IMG/VR virus record: IMGVR_UViG_3300027836_000008
DNA: 64,000 nucleotides
Reading direction: 5' to 3' (one strand)
Origin: a virus
The translations under genes and the position numbers were made by a program. Position 1 is the first letter of the stretch; the number at the start of each line of letters is the position of its first letter. Of the stretch, positions 26,699 to 34,296 are shown piece by piece. Under the pieces are notes generated by a model, which did no database searches, was not told where the DNA came from, and saw nothing but the letters and a program-made list of their open reading frames with translations.

Positions 26699-27422
26699 TA
26701 CACTTAAACTAAAACGCTCTAATGATAGAAAGGTGGCTAACCTTGTCACTAAAAATGGAAAGCAGGCCGCAATTGCAAATACCTTTGGACTACCTGCAGG
26801 AAAAGCCTATTCATGTCCTGGCGCAACGACTGTCTGTGAAACTGTTTGCTATGCAGGCAAGTTGGAAAAACTATTCAAGGGTGTAAAGGTTAACCTACTA
26901 CACAATTGGGACCTACTCAAAGATTCTGATCGTCAGACAATGTACACTTTACTTTCTGAGATGATTGCAGAATTTAAAACTGATTGTGTAAAGAAAGACG
27001 CACCTATGCTATTTCGCATTCACTGGGATGGCGATTTCTTTAACGATGAGTACACTCAAGCATGGCGCATGGTTATTGAAGAACAACCTGATATCCAATT
27101 CTGGGTATACACTCGTGTGAAGAGTGCTGCACTAATACTAAAAGACATTCCTAATCTATCTTTATACTATTCTACAGATAGTGAGAATAAGTCTATAGGT
27201 GTTGAACTTAAAAAAGACCATGGTGTTCGTCTTGCATATCTTGCTAAGAATTTTGCAATTGGTCAAGCGGACATGAAAGAATTAATGGGCAAGCCTGGCG
27301 CTAAGTGCCCTGAGAATAAAAAAGCAATTCCACTTATTAGCACTACAGGTAGCGCTTGCGTTTCATGTTCACTTTGTGTATACTCTAAGAGTGATATTGT
27401 ATTCAGTGCGAGTAAAAAATAA
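26682..27422 (+). CDS. Phage GP88-like protein (radical-SAM-like Fe-S)
   Basis: SCPGATTVCETVCYA; FRIHWDGDF; WVYTR; STD; CP...C..C..C. Confidence 0.75.
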   Translation: MALTTNTLKLKRSNDRKVANLVTKNGKQAAIANTFGLPAGKAYSCPGATTVCETVCYAGKLEKLFKGVKVNLLHNWDLLKDSDRQTMYTLLSEMIAEFKTDCVKKDAPMLFRIHWDGDFFNDEYTQAWRMVIEEQPDIQFWVYTRVKSAALILKDIPNLSLYYSTDSENKSIGVELKKDHGVRLAYLAKNFAIGQADMKELMGKPGAKCPENKKAIPLISTTGSACVSCSLCVYSKSDIVFSASKK

Positions 27423-27653
27423 ATGAGGACCTTTGCGTTTGTCTTGCTCTGGTTATTTTATTTATTCCTGTTGCAGTAAATCCCCTGCGATCCCGTGAAA
27501 GGGCTCGGGGGCAAAACTTTGGATTTGTCAAATTAAGAACACGCTCTTAAGATGTGGGCTTTATCACACCTGAAAATTTCACTTGGATTGGTATTTATGA
27601 CATTTTTCCGCTATACTTATAATATACCCAAACAGAAAGGCAAGACCCCCCAC

Positions 27654-27824
27654 ATGACACTATCAGGATACACATACCAAATTGGCGATTTGTTCACAAC
27701 AAGCAAGACAGGCGTGACAGGTCGTATCAAGGACTTTACTGCAATCAATTCTAAACTAACTAGAGTTTCTTTGCAACTCGCAAACGGCGCACACCGCTTT
27801 GCTATGGTCAAGACCAGCAAGTAA
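27654..27824 (+). CDS. Small SH3/KOW-like protein, copy 1
   Basis: YQIGDLFTTSKTGVTGRI. Confidence 0.7.
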   Translation: MTLSGYTYQIGDLFTTSKTGVTGRIKDFTAINSKLTRVSLQLANGAHRFAMVKTSK

Positions 27825-27828
27825 CGAT

Positions 27829-27857
27829 TTGACATTTCCTGCAAGAAATGTTACACT
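27829..27857 (+). promoter_or_regulatory. Early promoter
   Basis: TTGACA-17-TACACT. Confidence 0.7.
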
Positions 27858-27896
27858 TAATACATAAGCAAAACCCCTAACAGAAAAGAGAAAATA

Positions 27897-28064
27897 ATGT
27901 CAGTAGCAACAGCAACATACAAGGTAGGCGACCTATTCACTACACAGAAGTCAAAGGTCACAGGTACTATCATGGAAATCACACCTAACAAGGACGGACA
28001 GAGTGTTCGTGTAAAGTTAGATGTAAATGGCACACCTCGTTACACAACTTGGACAGCAAAGTAA
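27897..28064 (+). CDS. Small SH3/KOW-like protein, copy 2
   Basis: Read by hand: YKVGDLFTTQKSKVTGTI. Confidence 0.7.
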   Translation: MSVATATYKVGDLFTTQKSKVTGTIMEITPNKDGQSVRVKLDVNGTPRYTTWTAK

Positions 28065-28137
28065 ATTAACAACCTCACCTGAGTAAGTGATAAAACTGCT
28101 CAACACAAACCCCCTAACAGAAAAGGAATACACCCAA

Positions 28138-28563
28138 ATGGCAACAAGAGGAAAAGCAATCTCAGTTAAAATCGCAACACCAAAGGTAATCAAGGCACTA
28201 GAAACAGCACTTGCAAAACTAACATCAGACTATGCAACACAAGAAGCAAACGAAGCAAAGTATCAGAAGGCTTTTGAGAAGCACAAGAAAGAACTTATTG
28301 CTTATGCTGTAAAGAATATCGCAAAGGCAGAAAACTTCCGTACTAACTATCGTTCATGGAATAACTTGCTTAACATTGACTTTGACCTCACAGTATCAGA
28401 GGCAAATCTTCCTAAGCAACCTGAGCGTGATTTCGTAACCATGAACGAATATGAGTTCCGTAATCAAAAGGAAGAAATTGAGAACGCAATTCGTATTCTC
28501 AAGATGACAGATGAAGAAGTTGTAAATACTTCTACATATAATGCGGTAGCCCGTTACCTCTAA
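28138..28563 (+). CDS. Helical hypothetical protein
   Basis: MATRGKAISVKI...; AACAGAAAAGGA leader. Confidence 0.75.
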   Translation: MATRGKAISVKIATPKVIKALETALAKLTSDYATQEANEAKYQKAFEKHKKELIAYAVKNIAKAENFRTNYRSWNNLLNIDFDLTVSEANLPKQPERDFVTMNEYEFRNQKEEIENAIRILKMTDEEVVNTSTYNAVARYL

Positions 28564-28630
28564 TAATCTATCTCCTGAGCATGAGTCTAAACTGCTCACA
28601 ACAAACCCACTAATAGAATTGGAAAACATA

Positions 28631-28783
28631 ATGTACAACTTCACTATCACACAGGGTAAGAAGACTATCCTACAGTTTACAGATAAGACTGCTATCAAGG
28701 CTCATGCTATCGTAACTACCGCCAACGAATTGGCTAAGTACAAGAGCCAGCACCTTTCCTATACTTACCAATACGCTAAGTAG
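28631..28783 (+). CDS. Small early protein
   Basis: Read by hand: MYNFTITQGKK... Confidence 0.55.
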   Translation: MYNFTITQGKKTILQFTDKTAIKAHAIVTTANELAKYKSQHLSYTYQYAK

Positions 28784-28964
28784 ATGGAATTCGCCAGGCT
28801 GATTAGGGCGATCATAGAAATACTATAGAGCAGGGGTACTGCAGCCCCAAAGAAGCAGACCTCCTGGGTATGAGCCAAAACTACCCTCCAGCAATGGATT
28901 TGACTTTGTCAGTGGTCTCGTGTAGACTAGTATTAATACAAACAAACAGAAAAGGTGCCCTCTA

Positions 28965-29384
28965 ATGGAAACAACAAACACAACAATCGTAAACGCAACT
29001 ACAGAATTCCTGCAGTCACAAATCGTGGCCAAGGACCTACGTATTCAAGAAATTGAACAGACACTGGATGCATCACACCGTCGCTACCAAGGTGTGAAGA
29101 ATATGTATGACACACTACGTGATTCAATGGAACAGTGGACCAAGGACCAATTCAAGAATGGTGACCTTACAGAAGAGCAGGCAGAAGAACTTGCTGCAAC
29201 TGTTGGATTTGAATTGTCAGAAGAAGTTGAAGTGCTCGTGACTGTAGAGTACTCAATCACCGTTAATGTTCCACTTGGTGGAGATGCAGAAGATATCGTT
29301 AACAATATTGATTTCGAAACAATTGACTACAACGATGAAAACATTTCTTACTTAACAGGTACCGTAACAGGAATCGATATTTAG
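28965..29384 (+). CDS. Coiled-coil/acidic hypothetical protein
   Basis: Promoter TTGACT-17-TAGACT at 28900; leader and RBS present. Confidence 0.75.
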   Translation: METTNTTIVNATTEFLQSQIVAKDLRIQEIEQTLDASHRRYQGVKNMYDTLRDSMEQWTKDQFKNGDLTEEQAEELAATVGFELSEEVEVLVTVEYSITVNVPLGGDAEDIVNNIDFETIDYNDENISYLTGTVTGIDI

Positions 29385-29629
29385 TAGGGGGCTACTAATA
29401 GACCTGTCACATGTCTTTAAACTGGATGAGGGCCCTGAGCATGGCCATGTAAACTGCTCACTTTTTATTCCCCAAAATTTTGCTCGGGGGCGCTGTGATC
29501 AACATCACAATGTGTTTAAGATCACCTTTAAGAAATGTCCGAATTATCCCCCATCTAACTATCCTGATTTGCATATGTCAGTCCATCCTGCTATACTTAA
29601 AATATCAACAAACAGAAAAGAGATAACTC

Positions 29630-30652
29630 ATGGCACATGACCTAGAAACACAAAACGGCGTTGCATCATTCGCATCATTCCGTGAACCAGCATGGCATGG
29701 ATTGGGTACAGTCTTTACAGAAGAAAAGACAACTGCAGAAATGCTAGAGGCTGCAAACCTCAATGGTTGGAATGTTCGTCTGGAAGATTTAGAGACCCCT
29801 ACCCATCTAACAAGCGACAAATCATATCAATATGTTTTGCGTACTAACCCTACAGAAAAAACACAGACAGACATTCTTGGAATTGTTGGTGAGCGTTATG
29901 TTCCACTACAAAACGAAGATTTGTTTTCATTTGGTGATAACATCCTAGACGGCGGTGGTCGTTGGGAGACTGCTGGCTCAATCAAGGGTGGGCGTGTAGT
30001 ATTTGGCTCACTTGCTCTTGAGCGTGAAACAGTTCTTGACCCTAATGGCGTGGCAGATGTTGTAAAAACTTATTTGCTCATCAACACATCACACGACGGC
30101 TCAATTGCTATTCAAGCATCAATTACACCAGTTCGTGTTGTATGCGCTAATACTCTTAACCTTGCTCTTGGTGGCGTAGGTCGTAAGAAGAATAAGGGCA
30201 TCAAGCAATCTTTCAAGATTCGCCACACACAGACAGCAGAAGGCAAGATTCAAATTGCTCGTGAGACTCTTGGTCTTGCTAATGCTTACATGGATGAATT
30301 CGACATCATGGCTAAGGCAATGATTGAGAAGGAAGTCAATGCTAAGCAATTTAACGACATCTTGCTTGCTGCTTATGCAAAGCCTGAAAAGGATGCTAAG
30401 GGCGCAATCAAGAAGTGGGAAAACAAAATCGATACCATTAACGACATCTACACAGGTGAATTTAATGGCATGATTGCTGGCTCTGCTTGGGGTGCGTTTA
30501 ATGCACTTACAGAACGCCTTGATTGGTACCGCACAGCACGAGGTGGTTCTAACGAATCAATTCTTGCATCTGCAAGTGGATTTGACCCTGCTATCAATGC
30601 AGAAAAGAATCGCTTGCTGAAAGTTGTGCAGAATGTTATGCAACTCGCATAG
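29630..30652 (+). CDS. DUF932/DUF945 phage-plasmid-like protein (TIGR03299 type)
   Basis: MAHDLE...REPAWHGLGTV; Y.PLQN; ETAGSIKGGR.VF; NTSHDGS; TPVRVVCANTL; IRHT; GSAWGAFNA.TE..D. Confidence 0.9.
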   Translation: MAHDLETQNGVASFASFREPAWHGLGTVFTEEKTTAEMLEAANLNGWNVRLEDLETPTHLTSDKSYQYVLRTNPTEKTQTDILGIVGERYVPLQNEDLFSFGDNILDGGGRWETAGSIKGGRVVFGSLALERETVLDPNGVADVVKTYLLINTSHDGSIAIQASITPVRVVCANTLNLALGGVGRKKNKGIKQSFKIRHTQTAEGKIQIARETLGLANAYMDEFDIMAKAMIEKEVNAKQFNDILLAAYAKPEKDAKGAIKKWENKIDTINDIYTGEFNGMIAGSAWGAFNALTERLDWYRTARGGSNESILASASGFDPAINAEKNRLLKVVQNVMQLA

Positions 30653-30698
30653 CATCTGATACAATTAAATCCTGAGCATGATTTAAAACTGCTCACAA

Positions 30699-30772
30699 GG
30701 TCCGTTAGAATAGTTGGTTAGTTCGCTACCCTGTCACGGTAGAGGTCACGGGTTCAAGTCCCGTACGGATCG
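30699..30772 (+). tRNA. tRNA-Asp(GUC)
   Basis: GGTCCGT/ACGGATC acceptor; CTACC-CT GTC AC-GGTAG; GGTTCAAGTCC T-arm. Confidence 0.95.
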
Positions 30773-30859
30773 CAAGCGTAAAAGGGGCCCCGAGGTGAGA
30801 TTTATCGGGGGCATGTGATTAAGATCACTAAGATTTTTCCCTGGAATTCTATTAAGGAC

Positions 30860-30888
30860 TTGACATTATTTTCCTGGAGATGTAGAAT
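30860..30888 (+). promoter_or_regulatory. Early promoter with leaderless gene
   Basis: TTGACA-17-TAGAAT-6 nt-ATG. Confidence 0.75.
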
Positions 30889-30894
30889 TAATAC

Positions 30895-31071
30895 ATGACC
30901 CAAACACCATATAAACCATATACCATAGACGAACTTGTTACCTCTATCTATGAGGATAATTACTCTCACTTTGAATTCATGGAAAACATGAATGGTGGAG
31001 AATGCGATTGTGTACTACATCAAGCCATGTGGCTAATTATGAAGCATTGGGAGGGTGAAGATGTGGAGTAA
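30895..31071 (+). CDS. Small early protein
   Basis: Read by hand: MTQTPYKPYTIDEL...CDC.LH. Confidence 0.65.
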   Translation: MTQTPYKPYTIDELVTSIYEDNYSHFEFMENMNGGECDCVLHQAMWLIMKHWEGEDVE

Positions 31072-31267
31072 GTATAGTTATGTTTGTACTGACTGTGATT
31101 CTTTAATTGAGGTTACTTCCATTACCCCGCCAGTTATGGATCCAGGCTGTATATGTGGTTTTGACACCTTTGTTACCCGTATTGCCATAGAGCCAGCGGT
31201 AGAGCCAGATGTGACCAGTATCACACCCTCAAATGTTGTAAAAATCAACTCAAACCCCTATAATTAA
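31061..31267 (+). CDS. Small zinc-ribbon protein
   Basis: YVCTDCD...CICG. Confidence 0.7.
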   Translation: MWSKYSYVCTDCDSLIEVTSITPPVMDPGCICGFDTFVTRIAIEPAVEPDVTSITPSNVVKINSNPYN

Positions 31268-31291
31268 TATATAAGGAAAAGGAGACCCCTA

Positions 31292-31477
31292 ATGCCAACA
31301 TATGACATTAAAGTAATCGTAGAGTATATGTACGAAGTAGAAGCAGATAATGAAAAACAGGCTGAAGAGCAAGGCTGGATGTATGAGGACTATGCTTACT
31401 CAGGTGATGTTTACTCTATTGAGGTATCTGAGAAAGAAGAAGATGAGGAAGTCGAACTAGATGAGGAAGTAATCTAA
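31292..31477 (+). CDS. Small acidic protein
   Basis: MPTYDIKV...YEVEADNEKQAEE; similar to 32583..32768. Confidence 0.7.
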   Translation: MPTYDIKVIVEYMYEVEADNEKQAEEQGWMYEDYAYSGDVYSIEVSEKEEDEEVELDEEVI

Positions 31478-31677
31478 TGGACATCCTAACATTCAAGGAG
31501 TACCTTAAACTACACCTGCTCTCCCTAGAGCAAGACTCTGCAAAGATAGATGAAGCAATGAATAACTATGCTAACTTTGAGGATGACGAATACCGTGAAC
31601 TAGAGATTGAGGATATCTCAACTAATGGACAGATTATAGCCTGCTATCATTTACTAGGAGTATTAGATGAGCACTAA
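31477..31677 (+). CDS. Small acidic protein
   Basis: TAATG coupling. Confidence 0.7.
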   Translation: MDILTFKEYLKLHLLSLEQDSAKIDEAMNNYANFEDDEYRELEIEDISTNGQIIACYHLLGVLDEH

Positions 31678-31918
31678 GTACCCTTTCATTCCTGACTACC
31701 TAGAGAAGGCTCTAGAGAACACGGAGATACCTCTGATTGATCTCCTACATGGATACCTCAAGGTTGAGATGTTTGAGTGTGAGGAGAAACTAGAGAGGGC
31801 TACCTCCCATGCTGATGAGCGTGAGTGGCTAGACGGGTACATGCAAGCCTTGACAAATGTATACTGCATGACCTATAATTTATCTATAGACAGAAAACAT
31901 ATAGAGGAGACCCAATGA
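31667..31918 (+). CDS. Small helical protein
   Basis: ER...DGY.QAL motif, also in the next ORF. Confidence 0.7.
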   Translation: MSTKYPFIPDYLEKALENTEIPLIDLLHGYLKVEMFECEEKLERATSHADEREWLDGYMQALTNVYCMTYNLSIDRKHIEETQ

Positions 31919-32121
31919 CCCCCCAAGAGATGTTAGAACAGATGATTGATAAAGCAACTCTAGAATTCTTAGAGATTGCTAACGAGGAAGAAGAAGATGG
32001 CTATTCGAATGCTATGCTATCTATGGAACGAACAGAGGCTGATGGCTATGTACAAGGCTTATCAGCAGCCTATCACCTTATCTTTGATAAAGAATATATC
32101 TCACCTGTAGAAGTGGAGTAG
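31915..32121 (+). CDS. Small helical protein
   Basis: ERTEADGYVQGL; ATGA overlap. Confidence 0.7.
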   Translation: MTPQEMLEQMIDKATLEFLEIANEEEEDGYSNAMLSMERTEADGYVQGLSAAYHLIFDKEYISPVEVE

Positions 32122-32125
32122 CCCT

Positions 32126-32596
32126 GTGGATAACTTTAAAGAAATGACCATGGAAGAGTGGGAAGCCACTTACAAGCCTATCACTAATCATATAGATAAG
32201 AATGCCTCATTCCAAAACGAATCAGGTTCAGGTATCATGTTTGAAACCTATGGTGAAGAGTTAGAGTTTGTTAAGTCTGCTAATCCTAACTGTATCTGGA
32301 CCTATGGCGACGGAGACGATGGCGGTAGTTATATCTGGAATGGCTATCACTATATAAATAGATTAGGATACTTCATTACTGAGGTTCCCGCCCCTAGCGA
32401 GGATGAGTGTGTAATCCAAATCAAAGTCTCTTCATACTGGTACTGTTGTGAAGGTTGCGGGGAAGAGATTGAAGATGATGGTCAACTAATTAATGAAAGA
32501 TATAGCGAATACGAACGCTGTCCAAGTTGCATTACTGAGAAAGAAATGCTAGAATTAGAAAAACAAGAAATGGAGACCCAAAATGCCACTGTTTGA
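32126..32596 (+). CDS. Hypothetical protein with C-terminal zinc ribbon
   Basis: MFETYGEELEFV...IWT..DG...GYHYINRLGYFITE; CEGC...CPSC. Confidence 0.75.
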   Translation: MDNFKEMTMEEWEATYKPITNHIDKNASFQNESGSGIMFETYGEELEFVKSANPNCIWTYGDGDDGGSYIWNGYHYINRLGYFITEVPAPSEDECVIQIKVSSYWYCCEGCGEEIEDDGQLINERYSEYERCPSCITEKEMLELEKQEMETQNATV

Positions 32597-32768
32597 CATT
32601 ACTGCTACACGAGAGACGACCTATCAGTTTTCTATTGAGGCTGATACAGAGGAAGAGGCCCTTGAAGAAGTAAGCCGCATTGAACTAACTGATGAGATTG
32701 AATCATATGCCAGCGATTGGTACCCACTAGAAATCACAGACATTGAAGAAGCAGAGGAGTTAGAATAA
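32583..32768 (+). CDS. Small acidic protein
   Basis: YQFSIEADTEEEALE. Confidence 0.7.
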   Translation: MPLFDITATRETTYQFSIEADTEEEALEEVSRIELTDEIESYASDWYPLEITDIEEAEELE

Positions 32769-33118
32769 TGGGAGCACGTATTAATTTTGTATTCAAAGAC
32801 GGTAGCGATTCATCTGTAGTACTGTACTCACATTGGGGCCAGACTGAATGGGAATCTGATATCGCAGGTGCCCTGGAGCATGCACGTCCACGTTGGTCTG
32901 ATTCATCATATGGCACTCGCATGATGATTAGTTATCTCATTCAAGACAGCGTCCTAGACCAGCACGGATATGGTATCTATGCTATCAATAATGAGGGCTC
33001 TATGGACCTAGGAGAGCAGACCGTCGTTATTGACTTTGTTAACAAGACTGTTACAGATAATGTATCTGTTACATGGGACAAGTTTGTGGCTGCTTACTCG
33101 CCACTAGTGTCAGTCTAG
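32768..33118 (+). CDS. Conserved phage hypothetical protein
   Basis: MGARIN...VVLYSHWG...ARPRWSD..YGTR. Confidence 0.75.
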   Translation: MGARINFVFKDGSDSSVVLYSHWGQTEWESDIAGALEHARPRWSDSSYGTRMMISYLIQDSVLDQHGYGIYAINNEGSMDLGEQTVVIDFVNKTVTDNVSVTWDKFVAAYSPLVSV

Positions 33119-33213
33119 TATGGGTCACTAGGCTGATCAAAGGGATGGGGCAGGCTATTGGGTGGCTTGCCCCTCCCATACCTTTCTGATACAATAGACA
33201 TGAGGAGATACCT

Positions 33214-33423
33214 ATGCGTAATAAGATGACAGATGAAGAAAAAGTTGCACTGCGAATCTCTGCCCTTATATCTGACCTTCGACTTGACATCGAAAAGGTT
33301 GGGGTATATATGGCAAGAGTTGGCGGTAATGTAGTAAATCATAGACTAGACCTACTAACAGAAGTAGCACAAGAGGAGCGACAGGGACATGACATCAGAG
33401 CCAACCAATATAAGTTATTCTAA
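33214..33423 (+). CDS. Hypothetical protein
   Basis: GAGGAG RBS. Confidence 0.7.
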   Translation: MRNKMTDEEKVALRISALISDLRLDIEKVGVYMARVGGNVVNHRLDLLTEVAQEERQGHDIRANQYKLF

Positions 33424-33679
33424 GAGATGTTTTATCCTTTCAGATTTTTGGCTGAACTATAAGGATGATGAAGAGTTTGAAGATTTTGTGGAATACAATG
33501 ATATTGGTTTGCCACTGGCCTTCATGATAACAGAAGATATCGTAAAGTCAACTACCGTTGGTGAGGTATATGTCAACGAGGCTTGGGAGTTATTGTGCAC
33601 GGCACTGAAGATTGATTCCAAACAAGACTATGACTCATTAGAAGATATGTTTATGGACGCTGGGGCTCAGGAAGACTAA
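33389..33679 (+). CDS. Acidic hypothetical protein
   Basis: ATGA-type overlap; F.EYNDIGLPLA. Confidence 0.7.
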   Translation: MTSEPTNISYSKRCFILSDFWLNYKDDEEFEDFVEYNDIGLPLAFMITEDIVKSTTVGEVYVNEAWELLCTALKIDSKQDYDSLEDMFMDAGAQED

Positions 33680-33857
33680 TTATCCTGGGCTACGGCCCGA
33701 GAGGTCTTCCAAACATATCAAACCTTATTACGAAGATGATCTAAATTTCCTGGAGTTTGGGATTACGAAGGACTATATAAAATCCTGGAGTATACCAAAC
33801 CTTTATTTGTTTGTCAAACCTTATATCCGATATATCAAACAGTGCTATAATAAATGT

Positions 33858-34127
33858 ATGAGTCCAAGATATTTTGCAAACTATGCTAAAAACCAACCAA
33901 AAGAATATCAAGCATTCTCTGACTCTATGTGGAATGGTTTTGTATCTATCACTAAGCATGTTCCTGTAGTTAATCGTTTCTTTTCCTTTACCCCCGACTT
34001 TTTAGCGGACACAATAGATTACGAAGACCTGGACGCAGGCCAGGCCCTGGGCGAAGCCCTGGGGCAAGTGTACGGTTTTTCCCAGGGAGTACCAATAGAT
34101 CCCTTTGATAATACCAAATCCCTATAG
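33858..34127 (+). CDS. Hypothetical protein
   Basis: TGC-TATAAT-6 nt-ATG leaderless start. Confidence 0.6.
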   Translation: MSPRYFANYAKNQPKEYQAFSDSMWNGFVSITKHVPVVNRFFSFTPDFLADTIDYEDLDAGQALGEALGQVYGFSQGVPIDPFDNTKSL

Positions 34128-34267
34128 TACAAACACCCTATATACAAACATATAGTTTTCAAACATTTTGTTTGATATATTTAAATATAAAACAATTTAT
34201 TTAATTTTATTACGAAATTCGTCAAAATATCCTGGACATTTGTCATATGTTTTGTGTCAAAACAAAG

Positions 34268-34296
34268 TTGACAAACACTAATGTTTGGTATATAAT
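34268..34296 (+). promoter_or_regulatory. Consensus promoter with operator-like palindrome in its spacer
   Basis: TTGACA-17-TATAAT; CAAACA-CTAA-TGTTTG overlaps it. Confidence 0.7.

Larger units (their letters stand above)
24900..30695 (+). ncRNA. Dispersed conserved RNA hairpin CCUG(A/G)G(C/U)A-loop-AAAC-U(G/A)C(U/C)(C/U), six copies
   Basis: Copies at 24900, 28078, 28574, 28863, 29434 and 30671, with G-U wobbles and compensatory pairs. Confidence 0.65.
23091..31225. promoter_or_regulatory. Eleven CRP/GlxR-type boxes (TGTGA-N6-TCACA)
   Basis: Perfect: 24302, 24984, 29494, 31210. One mismatch: 23091, 23201, 24182, 27553, 30814. Two mismatches: 23238, 23280. Confidence 0.7.

Noticed and set aside
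32126-32134. Isolated DnaA box TGTGGATAA near 32125
   Set aside because: It coincides with a GTG start codon and lacks neighbouring boxes, so it was not counted.
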